From the NCBI GenBank assembly GCA_017408635.1, contig JAFQUH010000006.1, positions 2,903-66,902 of the forward strand: 64,000 nt of DNA. Direction: 5' to 3'. The number at the start of each line of letters is the position of its first letter. Positions within the stretch are counted from its first letter, which is position 1. Shown in pieces: positions 1-11,526 of this stretch. Both the position numbers and the translations under genes were made by a program. The notes below the pieces were generated by a model. That model worked only from the letters and a program-made list of their open reading frames with translations. It ran no database searches and was not told the DNA's origin. The stretch is from Ruminiclostridium sp. GTDB taxonomy: Bacteria; Bacillota; Clostridia; Oscillospirales; Ruminococcaceae.

Positions 1-582
1 CCCAACCGTTCCGCATTCATCGCACTCGTTCAGTACGAGGACGGCGAAAAGAGATACATCATCGCTCCCGACGGACTTAACGTTGGCGATAAGGTAAGAA
101 GCGGTTCCGATGCAGATATCAAGCCCGGTAACGCGCTTGCACTCATCGACATCCCCGTTGGTACAATCATCCACAACATCGAGCTTTATCCCGGCAAGGG
201 TGGTCAGCTTGTTCGTTCTGCGGGCAACATGGCACAGCTCATGGCTAAGGAAAACGGCTACGCACTTTTAAGACTCCCCAGCGGCGAACTCAGAAACGTT
301 TCTGATAAGTGCATGGCAACAATCGGCGTTGTATCCAACCTCGACCACGAAAACGTAAACTACGGTAAGGCTGGTCGTATGCGTCACAAGGGCGTAAGAC
401 CTACAGTAAGAGGTTCTGTAATGAACCCTAACGATCACCCTCACGGTGGTGGTGAAGGTAAGTCACCCGTTGGTCGTCCCGGCCCTGTAACTCCTTGGGG
501 TAAGCCTGCTCTTGGTTACAAGACAAGAAAACTCAAGAAGAGCTCTAACAAGTTCATTGTTAAGAGAAGAAACAGCAAGTAA
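1..582 (+). CDS. rplB: 50S ribosomal protein L2 (uL2), 3' part; 5' end lies upstream of the window
   Basis: Frame 1 is open from base 1 ([23 protein letters not shown]...[19 protein letters not shown]), so the listed ORF 229..582 is only the first in-window Met. Conserved uL2 C-terminal motif, followed by rpsS. Confidence 0.97.
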   Translation, partial: PNRSAFIALVQYEDGEKRYIIAPDGLNVGDKVRSGSDADIKPGNALALIDIPVGTIIHNIELYPGKGGQLVRSAGNMAQLMAKENGYALLRLPSGELRNVSDKCMATIGVVSNLDHENVNYGKAGRMRHKGVRPTVRGSVMNPNDHPHGGGEGKSPVGRPGPVTPWGKPALGYKTRKLKKSSNKFIVKRRNSK

Positions 583-684
583 TTAATTAAACCCAAGTCA
601 TTGTTAATAAGTGCGGTGTTTGCAGATTGCAGTAAAACGCCGCCGCACATTAACTTGCAATTCACTTGAAAGGAAATAAATTAA

Positions 685-960
685 ATGAGCAGAAGTATTA
701 AGAAGGGACCTTACGTGCAGGAAGCTCTCATGAAGAGAGTACTCGCTATGAATGAAGCAGGCGAGAAGAAGGTTTTAAAGACCTGGAGCCGTTCCAGCAC
801 AATATTCCCTGATTTCGTTGGACACACATTCGCTGTTCACGATGGTAGAAAACACGTTCCCGTATATGTAACCGAAGATATGGTAGGTCACAAGCTGGGC
901 GAATTCGCTCCTACAAGAACCTATAAGGGTCATGCAGGAAGCAAGACATCAAACAAGTAA
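685..960 (+). CDS. rpsS: 30S ribosomal protein S19 (uS19)
   Basis: [11 protein letters not shown]...[16 protein letters not shown] is canonical uS19. Position after rplB. Confidence 0.97.
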   Translation: MSRSIKKGPYVQEALMKRVLAMNEAGEKKVLKTWSRSSTIFPDFVGHTFAVHDGRKHVPVYVTEDMVGHKLGEFAPTRTYKGHAGSKTSNK

Positions 961-973
961 GGAGGAGTAATCA

Positions 974-1309
974 ATGGAGGCAAGAGCAGAACTCAGACAG
1001 GTTCGCATATCACCTCGTAAGGTTGGCATTGTTCTTGATTTAATCAGAAACAAGCCCTGCGAAGAAGCTATGGCGATCCTCAAATACACACCTAAATCAG
1101 CGAGCGAGCCTTTACAGAAGCTCCTCAAGTCAGCAATGGCTAATGCAGAAAACAATCACAACATGGACGTTTCCAAGTGCTTTGTTTCTTCCTGCCACGT
1201 TGGTGCTGGCGTTACTTTAAAGAGAATCAGACCTAAGGATCACGGAAGAGCACATCGCATTCTCAAGAGAACTTCCAACATCGTTCTGGTTGTAAAAGAA
1301 GCTGAATAA
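974..1309 (+). CDS. rplV: 50S ribosomal protein L22 (uL22)
   Basis: [17 protein letters not shown]..., GGAGG SD upstream, conserved operon position. Confidence 0.97.
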   Translation: MEARAELRQVRISPRKVGIVLDLIRNKPCEEAMAILKYTPKSASEPLQKLLKSAMANAENNHNMDVSKCFVSSCHVGAGVTLKRIRPKDHGRAHRILKRTSNIVLVVKEAE

Positions 1310-1320
1310 GGAGGATAGCA

Positions 1321-2094
1321 ATGGGACAGAAAGTAAATCCTCACGGTCTTAGAGTCGGAGTTATCAAGGATTGGGATTCCCGCTGGTTCGCTGGCAAGTC
1401 CACATTCGGCGATACACTCGTAGAAGACTACAAAATCCGTGAATATATCATGAAAGACAGAATGTTCATCAAGGCTAACGGTGAAAAGACCGACCAGCAG
1501 CTCTACAGAGCAGCAGGTATCTCTTTAGTTGAGATTGAACGTGCAAATGACAAGGTAAAGGTTCACATCCACACAGCAAAGCCTGGTATGCTTATCGGTG
1601 CAAAGGGTGCTGAAATCGAAAAGCTCCGTGCAGAGATCTCCAAGATCGCAGGCGGCAAGGATGTAAACTTAAACATCGTAGAGGTTAAGAACCCTGATTT
1701 AGACGCTAACTTAGTTGCTGAAAACATCGCAATGCAGCTTGAACAGCGTGTATCCTTCAGAAGAGCTATGAAGTCCTGCATCGGCAGAACAATGAAGAGC
1801 GGCGCTAAGGGTATCAAGACAATGGTAAGCGGCCGTCTCGGCGGTGCAGAAATCGCTCGTAGCGAAACTTACCACGAGGGTACAATTCCCCTGCAGACAT
1901 TAAGAGCTGACATCGACTACGGTGTAGCAAGAGCTAACACAACCTACGGCGTTATCGGCGTTAAGGTTTGGATCTATAAGGGCGAAGTTCTCAAGGGCGA
2001 AATCCCTGCACAGAAGACAGAAAAGCCCCGCCGCAAGAACGACGGCAGAGCTCGTAAGCCCAGAGCAGAGAAAAAAGAGGGAGGTAACGAATAA
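1321..2094 (+). CDS. rpsC: 30S ribosomal protein S3 (uS3) with extended basic/acidic C-terminal tail
   Basis: [24 protein letters not shown]... 257 aa, ending in a Lys/Arg/Glu-rich tail. Confidence 0.97.
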   Translation: MGQKVNPHGLRVGVIKDWDSRWFAGKSTFGDTLVEDYKIREYIMKDRMFIKANGEKTDQQLYRAAGISLVEIERANDKVKVHIHTAKPGMLIGAKGAEIEKLRAEISKIAGGKDVNLNIVEVKNPDLDANLVAENIAMQLEQRVSFRRAMKSCIGRTMKSGAKGIKTMVSGRLGGAEIARSETYHEGTIPLQTLRADIDYGVARANTTYGVIGVKVWIYKGEVLKGEIPAQKTEKPRRKNDGRARKPRAEKKEGGNE

Positions 2095-2516
2095 TGCTGC
2101 TTCCAAAGAGAGTAAAGTACAGAAGACAACAGCGTGGTCGTATGACAGGTAAAGCAACACGAGGCAATGTAGTCAGCCACGGTCAGTATGGCCTTCAGGC
2201 ACTCGAAGCTTCCTGGATCACATCTAACCAGATCGAAGCTGCCCGTATCGCTATGACACGTTATATCAAGCGTGGCGGTCAGGTATGGATCAAGATATTC
2301 CCTGACAAGCCCATCACAGAAAAGCCCGCTGAAACCCGAATGGGTTCAGGTAAGGGTTCACCTGAATACTGGGTAGCAGTTGTTAAGCCCGGCAGAGTAA
2401 TGTTTGAAATCGCCGGCGTTTCCGAAGAAGTTGCAAGAGAAGCTATGCGTCTTGCTATGCACAAGCTCCCCATCAAGTGCAAGTTCATTACAAAGGAAAA
2501 TGGAGGTGAGCAGTAA
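2094..2516 (+). CDS. rplP: 50S ribosomal protein L16 (uL16)
   Basis: [17 protein letters not shown]... The ATG overlaps the rpsS-operon neighbour rpsC stop (TAATG). Confidence 0.97.
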   Translation: MLLPKRVKYRRQQRGRMTGKATRGNVVSHGQYGLQALEASWITSNQIEAARIAMTRYIKRGGQVWIKIFPDKPITEKPAETRMGSGKGSPEYWVAVVKPGRVMFEIAGVSEEVAREAMRLAMHKLPIKCKFITKENGGEQ

Positions 2517-2713
2517 TGAAGGTTAAAGAAATCAGAGAGTTAAAGGATATCGAACTCGATAAGAAGCTTGTAGAGCTCAAGCAGGAATTATTCAACCTCC
2601 GTTTCCAGCTCGCCGTTAACAAGCTCGACAACCCCACAAGAATTAAGGCGGTTAAGAGAGAGATCGCTATGGTTAAGACAGTTCAGCGTGAACGCGAACT
2701 GGCTGCTAAGTAA
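2516..2713 (+). CDS. rpmC: 50S ribosomal protein L29 (uL29)
   Basis: 65 aa, [36 protein letters not shown] overlap with rplP. Confidence 0.96.
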   Translation: MKVKEIRELKDIELDKKLVELKQELFNLRFQLAVNKLDNPTRIKAVKREIAMVKTVQRERELAAK

Positions 2714-2733
2714 GAGAAGAGGAGGACAAAGCT

Positions 2734-2991
2734 TTGAGTGAAAGAAACTTAAGAAAAACCAGAGTTGGTAAGGTTGTAAGCAACAAGATGGACAAGACCA
2801 TCGTTGTAGCAATCGAGGACAATGTCCGTCACCCTCTTTATAAGAAAATCATTAAGCGTACAATCAAGTTTAAGGCGCATGACGAAAACAACTCCTGCGG
2901 AATCGGCGACAAGGTTGAAATTATGGAAACCAGACCCCTTTCCAAGGATAAGAGATGGCGTTTAGTAAACATCATCGAAAAGGCTAAGTAA
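2734..2991 (+). CDS. rpsQ: 30S ribosomal protein S17 (uS17)
   Basis: TTG start preceded by GGAGG. ...[19 protein letters not shown]... is typical of uS17. Confidence 0.95.
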   Translation: MSERNLRKTRVGKVVSNKMDKTIVVAIEDNVRHPLYKKIIKRTIKFKAHDENNSCGIGDKVEIMETRPLSKDKRWRLVNIIEKAK

Positions 2992-3027
2992 TTTCTACTT
3001 TAAATTTATCGGAAGGAGAATAAATCC

Positions 3028-3396
3028 ATGATTCAAATGCAGTCACGCATGAAGGTTGCGGATAACACAGGCGCTAAAGAACTTATGTGCATCAGAGTAC
3101 TCGGCGGTACACGCAGAAAGTACGCTAACATAGGCGATATCGTGGTTGCTTCTGTAAAGAAGGCAAGCCCCGGTGGTACTGTTAAGAAGGGCGACGTTGT
3201 TAAGGCAGTTATCGTTCGTTCAGCAACCGGCGTTAGAAGAGAAGACGGCACATACATCCGTTTCGACGAGAATGCAGCCGTAATCGTTAAGGAAGACAAA
3301 AACCCCAGAGGAACCCGTATTTTCGGGCCTGTAGCCAGAGAGCTCCGTGACAAGGACTTCACAAAGATCCTGTCCCTCGCTCCCGAAGTATTATAA
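3028..3396 (+). CDS. rplN: 50S ribosomal protein L14 (uL14)
   Basis: [27 protein letters not shown]..., 122 aa. Confidence 0.97.
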   Translation: MIQMQSRMKVADNTGAKELMCIRVLGGTRRKYANIGDIVVASVKKASPGGTVKKGDVVKAVIVRSATGVRREDGTYIRFDENAAVIVKEDKNPRGTRIFGPVARELRDKDFTKILSLAPEVL

Positions 3397-3409
3397 TCCG
3401 GAGGTCGCT

Positions 3410-3724
3410 ATGAATAATTTACACGTAAAGACCGGCGATAACGTTCAGATCATATCCGGCAAGGACAAAGGCAAGCAGGGTAAGGTTCTGGAAGTTTCCA
3501 TCAAGGAACAGAAGGTTATCGTTGAAGGCAGAAACCTCGTAACAAAGCATGTTAAGCCCAGAAGACAGGGCGAACAGGGTGGCATCGTAAAGGCAGAAGC
3601 TCCTATCTACGCATGCAAGGTTATGCCTGTATGCCCCAAGTGTGATAAGCCTACAAGAGTAGGTCACGAAATCAAGGGCGAAAAGAAAATAAGAGTATGC
3701 AAGAAGTGCGGCGCTGAGCTTTAA
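3410..3724 (+). CDS. rplX: 50S ribosomal protein L24 (uL24) with C-terminal CxxC...CxxC
   Basis: I moved the start from the track's 3347 to ATG 3410 ([27 protein letters not shown]), which has GGAGG 7 nt upstream. The 3347 start would overlap rplN by 50 nt. Confidence 0.93.
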   Translation: MNNLHVKTGDNVQIISGKDKGKQGKVLEVSIKEQKVIVEGRNLVTKHVKPRRQGEQGGIVKAEAPIYACKVMPVCPKCDKPTRVGHEIKGEKKIRVCKKCGAEL

Positions 3725-3800
3725 TCAGCAGCCTGTATAGCTTGACAGTTGGTCGGATAAAGTAACTTCCGGCTGCTGTCGGTAAGGAGAATAAACGAAT

Positions 3801-4340
3801 ATGAACAGAATGAAAGCATATTACAGAGAAACAGTTGCTCCTGCACTCTTCAAGAAGTTCGGTTACAAAAGCGTAATGCAGGTACCCAAGCTCGACAAGA
3901 TCATCATCAACGTTGGTTGTGGCGAAGCTAAGGAAAATGCAAAGATCGTTGACGCTATCATGGCTGACTTAATGCTCATCACAGGTCAGAAGCCTGTTGT
4001 ATGTCGCGCAAAGAAGTCAGTAGCTAACTTCAAGCTGAGAGAAGGCATGGTTATCGGTGTTAAGGTAACGTTAAGAGATGAGATTATGTACGAATTCCTC
4101 GACAGATTCTTCAACGTTGCACTTCCCCGTGTACGTGACTTCAGAGGTATCAACCCCAACTCATTCGACGGCAGAGGTAACTACTCAACAGGTATCAAGG
4201 AACAGCTTATATTCCCTGAAATCGAATACGACAAGATCGACAAGGTTCGTGGTATGGACATCAACTTCGTAACCACAGCCAAGACTGATGAAGAAGCAAG
4301 AGAGCTGCTCACCCTTATGGGCGCTCCTTTCGCAAAGTAA
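3801..4340 (+). CDS. rplE: 50S ribosomal protein L5 (uL5)
   Basis: [39 protein letters not shown]..., 179 aa. Confidence 0.97.
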   Translation: MNRMKAYYRETVAPALFKKFGYKSVMQVPKLDKIIINVGCGEAKENAKIVDAIMADLMLITGQKPVVCRAKKSVANFKLREGMVIGVKVTLRDEIMYEFLDRFFNVALPRVRDFRGINPNSFDGRGNYSTGIKEQLIFPEIEYDKIDKVRGMDINFVTTAKTDEEARELLTLMGAPFAK

Positions 4341-4359
4341 GAAAGGAAACTAAAGAGAT

Positions 4360-4545
4360 ATGGCAAAGAAATCAATGATTGCTAAACAGCAGCGTCCTGC
4401 AAAGTTTTCTACACGTTCTTACAACAGATGCAAGATCTGCGGCAGACCTCACTCTTACATGCGTAAGTTTGGTATATGCAGAATTTGCTTTAGAGAGCTT
4501 GCTTATAAGGGACAGATTCCCGGCGTAAAGAAATCCAGCTGGTAA
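4360..4545 (+). CDS. rpsN: 30S ribosomal protein S14 type Z (zinc-binding short form)
   Basis: 61 aa with [23 protein letters not shown] (Cys4). Position between rplE and rpsH. Confidence 0.96.
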   Translation: MAKKSMIAKQQRPAKFSTRSYNRCKICGRPHSYMRKFGICRICFRELAYKGQIPGVKKSSW

Positions 4546-4577
4546 TAAGCAGAACAATTATTTAGGAGGAAGAAGTA

Positions 4578-4976
4578 ATGCAGATCACCGATACTATCGC
4601 AGATATGCTGACAAGAATTCGTAATGCTAACTCTGCAAAGCATCCTACAGTAGACGTTCCCGCTTCCAACATGAAGAAGCAGATCGCTCAGATACTCGTA
4701 GATGAAGGTTACATTAAGAATTTCAGAGTGATTGAAGACGACAAACAGGGCGTTATCAGAATCACTTTAAAGTATACTGAGAACAAGTCGCAGGTCATTA
4801 CAGGTTTACGCCGTGTAAGTAAGCCCGGACTTAGAATTTACTCAAACAGCAAGGATATGCCCAAGGTAATGAAGGGCTTAGGTATTGCTATCGTGTCAAC
4901 ATCCAAGGGTGTTATGACAGACAGAGAAGCTCGCAAGAATAACGTTGGCGGCGAAGTGCTTGCTTTCGTTTGGTAA
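4578..4976 (+). CDS. rpsH: 30S ribosomal protein S8 (uS8)
   Basis: [22 protein letters not shown]..., 132 aa. Confidence 0.97.
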   Translation: MQITDTIADMLTRIRNANSAKHPTVDVPASNMKKQIAQILVDEGYIKNFRVIEDDKQGVIRITLKYTENKSQVITGLRRVSKPGLRIYSNSKDMPKVMKGLGIAIVSTSKGVMTDREARKNNVGGEVLAFVW

Positions 4977-4994
4977 TTAAGGAGGAACACAGAT

Positions 4995-5540
4995 ATGTCT
5001 AGAATTGGTAAAGCACCTATCGCTGTTCCTGCCGGCGTTGATGTAAAAATCGACGGTACCACAGTTACAGTAAAGGGCCCCAAGGGCACTCTCACAAAGG
5101 AGTTCAAGCCCTCTATGATCATCAAGATGGATGGTGCAGCAGTTGTTGTTGAACGTCCTGATGATGCAAAGGAAAACCGTGCTCTCCACGGCCTCACAAG
5201 AACACTCATCGCTAACATGATCGAAGGCGTTACAAACGGCTTCAAGAAGGAACTCGATGTAAACGGTGTAGGCTTCCGTGTACAGAAGCAGGGTAAGGAT
5301 TTAGTAATGAACCTCGGTTTCTCACACCAGGTTATCGTATCCGATACAGAAGATGTAACAATCGAATCACCCGCTCCTAATAAGATTATCGTTTCCGGTA
5401 TCGACAAGCAGAAGGTTGGTCAGTTTGCAGCTGAAATCAGAAACAAGCGCAGACCTGAACCTTATAAGGGTAAGGGCATCAAGTACGTTGATGAAGTTAT
5501 CCGTCGTAAGGAAGGTAAAGCAGGTAAGGGTAAGAAATAA
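4995..5540 (+). CDS. rplF: 50S ribosomal protein L6 (uL6)
   Basis: [31 protein letters not shown]..., 181 aa. Confidence 0.97.
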   Translation: MSRIGKAPIAVPAGVDVKIDGTTVTVKGPKGTLTKEFKPSMIIKMDGAAVVVERPDDAKENRALHGLTRTLIANMIEGVTNGFKKELDVNGVGFRVQKQGKDLVMNLGFSHQVIVSDTEDVTIESPAPNKIIVSGIDKQKVGQFAAEIRNKRRPEPYKGKGIKYVDEVIRRKEGKAGKGKK

Positions 5541-5561
5541 ACCGCAAGGGGTGAAAGTTAA

Positions 5562-5921
5562 ATGATTAAAGTAATTGATAGCAAGAAAAACAGAATCAAG
5601 CGTCGCAAGCGCATCCGTGCTAAGATCAGCGGAACAGCAGCTTGCCCCAGACTCAGCGTTTTCCGTTCTTCAAAGCACATTTATGCACAGCTCATCGATG
5701 ATGTAGAAGGCAAAACCCTTTGCAGCGCATCAACAATGGAAAAGAGCTTTGAAGGCTTCGGCGGCAACGCAGAGGCAGCAAAGAAAGTTGGTCTTGCACT
5801 CGCTGACAAGGCAAAGGCAGCAGGCATCGTTGACGTAGTATTTGACCGTAGCGGTTATGTTTACCACGGCAGAGTTGCAGCACTTGCTGAAGGCGCACGT
5901 GAAGGCGGACTCAACTTCTAA
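5562..5921 (+). CDS. rplR: 50S ribosomal protein L18 (uL18)
   Basis: ...[33 protein letters not shown]..., 119 aa. Confidence 0.97.
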   Translation: MIKVIDSKKNRIKRRKRIRAKISGTAACPRLSVFRSSKHIYAQLIDDVEGKTLCSASTMEKSFEGFGGNAEAAKKVGLALADKAKAAGIVDVVFDRSGYVYHGRVAALAEGAREGGLNF

Positions 5922-5958
5922 TCGAGTTAAACCTAAATTAATATAGGAGGACAATATT

Positions 5959-6459
5959 TTGGCACTTTTAGATGCAAGCAAATACGAGCTTTCCGAAAAG
6001 GTAGTTGCCATAAACCGTGTATCCAAGACTGTTAAGGGCGGACGTATCATGAAGTTTTCCGCACTCGTAGTCGTAGGTGACGGTAACGGCGTTGTAGGCT
6101 TCGGTACAGGTAAGTCAAGCGAAGTTCCTGACGCTATCCGCAAGGGTATTGAAGATGCAAAGAAGAACATTGTAAAGATTTCCTTAAAGGGTAACACAAT
6201 CCCTCACGAAATCGTTGGTAAGTTCGGCGCAGGCGCAGTTCTTTTAAAGCCCGCTCCCGAAGGTACCGGTGTTATCGCCGGTGGTCCTGTTCGTGCCGTT
6301 GTTGAAATGGCAGGTATCAAGAACATCCGTACAAAGTCCCTTCGTTCAAACAATCCTTGCAACGTAGTTAGAGCAACAATGGCAGGTCTTACAGCTCTCA
6401 GAGATGCTGAACAGGTAGCACAGCTCAGAGGCAAGACTGTAAAGGAAATCTTAGGTTAA
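5959..6459 (+). CDS. rpsE: 30S ribosomal protein S5 (uS5)
   Basis: TTG start after GGAGG. ...[30 protein letters not shown]... Confidence 0.96.
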   Translation: MALLDASKYELSEKVVAINRVSKTVKGGRIMKFSALVVVGDGNGVVGFGTGKSSEVPDAIRKGIEDAKKNIVKISLKGNTIPHEIVGKFGAGAVLLKPAPEGTGVIAGGPVRAVVEMAGIKNIRTKSLRSNNPCNVVRATMAGLTALRDAEQVAQLRGKTVKEILG

Positions 6460-6496
6460 GATTTTTCTGACTATTAAGAAAGGACGGAAAACCGAA

Positions 6497-6673
6497 ATGG
6501 CTTTAAAGATTAAGCTGGTTAAATCACTGGCAGGTCGTAAGGACAGCCACATTGCAACCGCACAGTCTCTTGGTCTTCGCAAGATCGGCGCTGTAACAGT
6601 ACAGCCTGACAATGCTGCTACAAGAGGCAAGATCAAGGAAATTAATTATTTAGTTGAGGTTACTGAGGAATAA
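6497..6673 (+). CDS. rpmD: 50S ribosomal protein L30 (uL30)
   Basis: Not in the ORF track (58 aa). My translation is MALKIKLVKSLAGRKDSHIATAQSLGLRKIGAVTVQPDNAATRGKIKEINYLVEVTEE, in the expected rpsE-rplO slot. Confidence 0.92.
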   Translation: MALKIKLVKSLAGRKDSHIATAQSLGLRKIGAVTVQPDNAATRGKIKEINYLVEVTEE

Positions 6674-6728
6674 TTCCTTACACCTTGAAAACGTTAAACA
6701 AGCACATTAACTAATAGGAGGTGTAACA

Positions 6729-7172
6729 ATGAAGCTACACGAATTATACCCTGCAGCAGGAGCAACAAAGGAAGTTAAGCGTATCGGTCGTGGTCACGGT
6801 TCCGGTCACGGTAAGACAGCCGGTAAGGGTCACAAGGGCCAGTGGGCTCGTTCAGGTGGCGGTGTAAGACCCGGATTTGAAGGTGGTCAGACATCCCTCG
6901 CAAGACGTATCCCTAAGAGAGGCTTTAACAACATTTTTGCTACTGAATACACAGTAATCAACGTTGCTGATTTAGAAGCACGTTTTGAAAACGGTGCAGT
7001 TATCGATTTAGAAGCAATGATCAATGCTGGTCTTGTAACTAAGGTATTAGACGGTGTTAAGGTTCTCGGCAACGGCGAACTCACAAAGAGCTTTACAGTT
7101 AAGGCTGCTAAGTTCTCTGAATCTGCACAGTCCAAGATCGAAGCTGCCGGCGGAAAGGCAGAGGTGCTGTAA
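6729..7172 (+). CDS. rplO: 50S ribosomal protein L15 (uL15)
   Basis: [38 protein letters not shown]..., 147 aa. Confidence 0.97.
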   Translation: MKLHELYPAAGATKEVKRIGRGHGSGHGKTAGKGHKGQWARSGGGVRPGFEGGQTSLARRIPKRGFNNIFATEYTVINVADLEARFENGAVIDLEAMINAGLVTKVLDGVKVLGNGELTKSFTVKAAKFSESAQSKIEAAGGKAEVL

Positions 7173-8473
7173 TGTTACAAGTCTTCAGAAATGCGTGGGC
7201 TGATCCCTCGCTTCGCAGAAAGATTTTATTTACATTGCTCATCGTTGTAATTTTCCGTTTCGGATCATCAATATTCGTACCCTTCCTGGATCCCGACGCT
7301 GTAAAGCAGCTCGTCGATCCTAACGGCGGTACGATTATGAACTATCTTGATGCGCTCACAGGTGGTTCACTCAGCAAGGGTACATTACTTGCTATGTCAA
7401 TTTCACCTTACATCAACGCTTCCATTATCGTTCAGCTTTTAGCTGTTGCGATTCCTGCACTCGAAAGAATGCAGAAGGAAGGCGACGTGGGCCGCAAAAA
7501 GTTAGATACCATAACAAAATTTGTAGCTTTGGGCATTGCAATATTCCAGGCTGTTGCATACTATCTCGCTCTTCGTAATGTAGACGCAGTTTTATACACA
7601 AAGGGCTTCGATGGAATCCTTGCAGCAGTAACCATCATTGGCTGCTTCACAGCAGGTGCGTCACTTATCATCTGGCTCGGTAATCTTATTACCCAGCACG
7701 GTATCGGCAACGGTATCTCAATGATTCTTTACGCAGGTATCATTTCAGGTGTACCCAATATGGTAATGACTCTCTTCAAGCAGATTACAGTTAACACTGC
7801 ACAGAACTGGGTATTCGTTCCCCTCATTCTCGTAATTTACGTTCTGATGATTGCTTTCGTAATCCTCATGACAAATGCAGAAAGAAGAATCCCCGTTCAG
7901 TATGCAAAGAGAGTAGTCGGCAGAAAGATGTACGGCGGTCAGTCACAGCATATTCCGATCAAGGTTGCTATGGCAGGCGTTATGCCCATCATTTTCGCCA
8001 TGACAATTATGACTTTACCTACTTCAATAGGTATGATGTTCGGCGTAACACCCACTTCCGGCCACGGCTTCTGGAGTGGTGTAATGCAGGTGTTCAGTTC
8101 TAACCACCCTGTATACGCTATACTTTACTTCTTCTTAATCATCGCTTTCAACTATTTCTATATATCTATGCAGTACAACCCTGTACAGATTGCAAACGAT
8201 CTTAAGAAGAACAACGGTGCTATCCCGGGTTATCGTCCCGGCAAGCCCACATCCGACTTCATCCACAATTCGCTTTCAAAGATAACACTGGTAGGCGCAA
8301 TATTCCTTGCTATCATCGCAATATTCCCTATCATCTTCTCCAACCTGACAGGACTTCAGGGTCTGTCACTGGGCGGTACAACGATCCTCATCGTTGTAGG
8401 TGTTGCTCTTGAAACGGTTCGTGTTCTTGAAAGCCAGATGATGATGCGTCATCACAAGGGCTTTCTTGAATAA
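7172..8473 (+). CDS. secY: preprotein translocase subunit SecY
   Basis: 433 aa polytopic protein. ...LRRKILFTLLIVVIFRFGSSIFVPF...; the start overlaps the rplO stop. Confidence 0.97.
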   Translation: MLQVFRNAWADPSLRRKILFTLLIVVIFRFGSSIFVPFLDPDAVKQLVDPNGGTIMNYLDALTGGSLSKGTLLAMSISPYINASIIVQLLAVAIPALERMQKEGDVGRKKLDTITKFVALGIAIFQAVAYYLALRNVDAVLYTKGFDGILAAVTIIGCFTAGASLIIWLGNLITQHGIGNGISMILYAGIISGVPNMVMTLFKQITVNTAQNWVFVPLILVIYVLMIAFVILMTNAERRIPVQYAKRVVGRKMYGGQSQHIPIKVAMAGVMPIIFAMTIMTLPTSIGMMFGVTPTSGHGFWSGVMQVFSSNHPVYAILYFFLIIAFNYFYISMQYNPVQIANDLKKNNGAIPGYRPGKPTSDFIHNSLSKITLVGAIFLAIIAIFPIIFSNLTGLQGLSLGGTTILIVVGVALETVRVLESQMMMRHHKGFLE

Positions 8474-8497
8474 TTGACCAGCAGAAAGGAACTTATT

Positions 8498-9130
8498 ATG
8501 AATTTAATTTTCTTAGGTGCTCCCGGTGCAGGTAAAGGCACTCAGGCAGAGGTTGTCTGCGATAAGCTCGGCATCCCTGCTATCTCTACAGGTAATATGT
8601 TAAGAGAAGCTGTTAAGAACGGCACACCCGCAGGTCTTGCAGCAAAAGAGTGCATGGACAGAGGCGACCTTGTTCCCGATGATGTTGTAATCGGCATCTT
8701 AAAGGACAGAATCGCACAGGATGATGCAAAGAACGGCTTTATTCTCGATGGCTTCCCCAGAACAGTAGCTCAGGCAGAAGCACTCGAAGCAATGGGCGTT
8801 CAGATTGATAAGGTTGTTGAAATTGCAGTAGCAGACGAAAAGATCATCGCAAGACTTTCCGGCAGACGCGTATGCGAAGGCTGTGGCGCTTCCTACCACG
8901 TAGACTTCAAGCCTACAAAGGTAGAAGGCAAGTGCAACCTCTGCGGCGCAAACGTTGTACAGAGAGTTGATGACAAGCCCGAAACTGTACTTTCAAGACT
9001 CGAAACCTACTATGAAAAGACAGCTCCCTTAAAGGACTTCTATCAGGCAAAGGGCAAGCTCGTAACAGTTGAAGGTCAGGAAGAAATCTCCGAAACCTCC
9101 AAGCTCACACTTGCTGCTGTAGAAGCGTAA
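8498..9130 (+). CDS. adk: adenylate kinase (Cys4 zinc lid)
   Basis: I moved the start to ATG 8498 (MNLIFLGAPGAGKGTQ, P-loop at the N terminus, AAAGGA SD). Lid is CEGCGASYH...CNLCGAN. Confidence 0.95.
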   Translation: MNLIFLGAPGAGKGTQAEVVCDKLGIPAISTGNMLREAVKNGTPAGLAAKECMDRGDLVPDDVVIGILKDRIAQDDAKNGFILDGFPRTVAQAEALEAMGVQIDKVVEIAVADEKIIARLSGRRVCEGCGASYHVDFKPTKVEGKCNLCGANVVQRVDDKPETVLSRLETYYEKTAPLKDFYQAKGKLVTVEGQEEISETSKLTLAAVEA

Positions 9131-9153
9131 GAGCAATTTCGCAGAGGTAAACG

Positions 9154-9921
9154 ATGATTCAGGTTAAATCGGCAAGAGAAATCGAAACCATGAAAAAAGC
9201 GAGCAGTATAGCCGCTGAGGCACTCATAGTTGCGGGCAAGTCAATAAAGCCCGGTATGAGTACCTGGGAGCTTGATAAGATCATTCACGATTTTATCATA
9301 TCAAAGGGAGCGATCCCTTCATCCCTCGGCTATTGCGGATTTACAGGCAGCGCTTGTATTTCGCTGAACTCCGAGCTTATTCACGGCATCCCCTCAAAAA
9401 AGAAAATAATCAAGGACGGCGACATAGTTACCGTTGACGTAACAGTAGAGTACGAAGGCTACAACGGAGATAACGCTTATACCTTTATGGTGGGCGAGGT
9501 TCCCGAAAGAGCCAGAAAGCTGATGCAGGTTACTGAGGAAGCTCTTTACGAGGGTATAAAGATGGCTGTAGCGGGCAACCGCATCGGCGATATCTCAAAC
9601 GCCGTACAGACTTATTGTGAATCAAGAGGCTACTATGTGGTTGAAAGATTTATCGGTCACGGTATCGGTAAAGAAATGCACGAAGCTCCCGATGTTCCCA
9701 ATGTGGGAAAGGCGGGCAGAGGCGTAAGACTGGTTCCGGGTATGACAATCTGCATTGAGCCTATGATAAACGAAACGACGGCTGAGGTTATTATTCTCCC
9801 TGACAAATGGACAGTGGTAGAAGCAAATCATAACTACAGCGCTCACTTTGAGCATACTATCGCAATCACGAACGGCGAGCCGCTGATTCTGACGATGAGC
9901 GAAATGCATCATCCAAAGTAA
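9154..9921 (+). CDS. map: type I methionine aminopeptidase
   Basis: 255 aa. ...GYCGFTGSACISLNSELIHGIP...DVTVEYEGYNGD...GHGIGKEMHE... Confidence 0.95.
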   Translation: MIQVKSAREIETMKKASSIAAEALIVAGKSIKPGMSTWELDKIIHDFIISKGAIPSSLGYCGFTGSACISLNSELIHGIPSKKKIIKDGDIVTVDVTVEYEGYNGDNAYTFMVGEVPERARKLMQVTEEALYEGIKMAVAGNRIGDISNAVQTYCESRGYYVVERFIGHGIGKEMHEAPDVPNVGKAGRGVRLVPGMTICIEPMINETTAEVIILPDKWTVVEANHNYSAHFEHTIAITNGEPLILTMSEMHHPK

Positions 9922-9933
9922 CGGAGGACTCAT

Positions 9934-10206
9934 ATGTACCGTGAAGCAATCAGGATAGGAATGGTCGTAAAAAGTATGGCGGGACACGACAGCGGAAAGC
10001 TGCACGTCATCGTCAGAGAAGAAGCAGGCTTTGCGTATATTGCCGACGGCAAGCTACGGAAGCTGGATGCTCCCAAGAAGAAAAATCCGCTCCATCTTGC
10101 GAAAACCAATACGGTTTTGGATTTAACGGATTTGACTGATAAAAAGTTAAGAACAGTCCTGCGCACGTTAAGTGACGGGACAGACATCGCCGAGGAGAGT
10201 GATTAA
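9934..10206 (+). CDS. small KOW-domain RNA-binding protein typical of the clostridial map-infA gap
   Basis: 90 aa. N-terminal [20 protein letters not shown] is KOW-like. Conserved slot between map and infA. Confidence 0.7.
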   Translation: MYREAIRIGMVVKSMAGHDSGKLHVIVREEAGFAYIADGKLRKLDAPKKKNPLHLAKTNTVLDLTDLTDKKLRTVLRTLSDGTDIAEESD

Positions 10207-10208
10207 GC

Positions 10209-10427
10209 TTGTCTAAAGAAGATGTAATCGAAGTAACCGGCAAGATACTTGAAGCACTGCCGAATGCAACTTTTCAGGTTGAGCTGGAAAATGGCCACAA
10301 GATTCTGGCACATGTAAGCGGCAAGCTGCGTATGAATTTCATTCGTATCTTACCCGGTGATAAGGTAACTGTTGAAATGTCACCTTATGATCTTACAAAG
10401 GGCAGAATTACATGGAGAGCCAAGTAA
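10209..10427 (+). CDS. infA: translation initiation factor IF-1
   Basis: TTG start. [53 protein letters not shown]... Confidence 0.97.
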   Translation: MSKEDVIEVTGKILEALPNATFQVELENGHKILAHVSGKLRMNFIRILPGDKVTVEMSPYDLTKGRITWRAK

Positions 10428-10486
10428 TTCAAAGTTAAGAGGGAGAAATCCCAAAGTCCTATTATTACAGGAAGGATGATATTAAA

Positions 10487-10600
10487 ATGAAAGTTAGACC
10501 TTCAGTAAAGCCTATGTGCGATAAGTGCAAGGTAATCAAGCGCAAGGGCAAGGTTATGGTAATCTGCCAGGAACCTAAGCACAAGCAGAGACAGGGCTAA
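10487..10600 (+). CDS. rpmJ: 50S ribosomal protein L36 (bL36, zinc form)
   Basis: Not in the ORF track (37 aa). My translation is [37 protein letters not shown], with AGGAAGGA SD upstream. Confidence 0.93.
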   Translation: MKVRPSVKPMCDKCKVIKRKGKVMVICQEPKHKQRQG

Positions 10601-10628
10601 GCCCCAATTTTAACAGGAGGAAAAAGAT

Positions 10629-11000
10629 ATGGCAAGAATTGCTGGTATCGACCTGCCTAAGGAAAAGCGTATTGAGATCGCTCTCACATACGTTTACGGT
10701 ATAGGCAGAAAGACCGCTAACGATATTCTGGAAAAGTCCGGTGTAAACCCCGACACCAGAGTTAAGGAACTTACCGATGATGAAGAAGCTAAGATCCGTG
10801 ATGCTATCGAAGAGCTTGGTATCGTATTAGAAGGCGACCTCAGAAGAGAAGTTGCTTTAAACATCAAGCGTCTTGTAGAAATCAACTGCTTCAGAGGCAC
10901 ACGTCACCGCAAGGGCTTACCCGTTCGTGGTCAGCGTACAAAGACAAACGCAAGAACAAGAAAAGGTCCCAAGAAGACCATCGCTAATAAGAAGAAGTAA
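10629..11000 (+). CDS. rpsM: 30S ribosomal protein S13 (uS13)
   Basis: [30 protein letters not shown]... Confidence 0.97.
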   Translation: MARIAGIDLPKEKRIEIALTYVYGIGRKTANDILEKSGVNPDTRVKELTDDEEAKIRDAIEELGIVLEGDLRREVALNIKRLVEINCFRGTRHRKGLPVRGQRTKTNARTRKGPKKTIANKKK

Positions 11001-11027
11001 TAACTTCAGCAGAAAGGTGGTAAAACA

Positions 11028-11432
11028 ATGGCAAAGGCAACCGCTAACAAAAAGCCTGTTATCCGCAGACGTCGTGAGCGCAAGAACATTGAAAACGGTG
11101 CAGCTCACATCCAGTCTACATTTAACAATACAATTGTTACTATTACAGACCTTCAGGGAAATGCTTTATCATGGGCATCAGCAGGCGGACTTGGCTTCAG
11201 AGGTTCAAGAAAGTCCACTCCCTTCGCAGCACAGAGTGCAGCAGAAACAGCAGCTAAGGCAGCTATGGAACACGGTCTGAAGACAGTAGAAGTTTTCGTT
11301 AAGGGTCCCGGATCCGGACGTGAAGCAGCTATCCGTGCATTACAGGCAGCAGGTCTTGAGGTTAGACTTATCAAGGATGTTACTCCTATTCCTCACAATG
11401 GATGCCGTCCTCCCAAGAGAAGACGTGTATAA
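11028..11432 (+). CDS. rpsK: 30S ribosomal protein S11 (uS11)
   Basis: ...[46 protein letters not shown]... Confidence 0.97.
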   Translation: MAKATANKKPVIRRRRERKNIENGAAHIQSTFNNTIVTITDLQGNALSWASAGGLGFRGSRKSTPFAAQSAAETAAKAAMEHGLKTVEVFVKGPGSGREAAIRALQAAGLEVRLIKDVTPIPHNGCRPPKRRRV

Positions 11433-11526
11433 CAGATAACAGAACTGAGTGTAGTTTACTCAGAGTCGCGTGAATGCTAAAGCATTCGAGAAACGATATT
11501 TATTTAAAAAACGGAGGTACTGACAA

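Noticed and set aside
11433-11526. The rpsK-rpsD spacer hairpins (CTGAGT-gtagttt-ACTCAG, GAATGC-taaa-GCATTC) as an S4 autoregulatory leader
   Set aside because: This is plausible by analogy with known S4-binding leaders, but I cannot match it to a specific described motif from memory. I left it unannotated.
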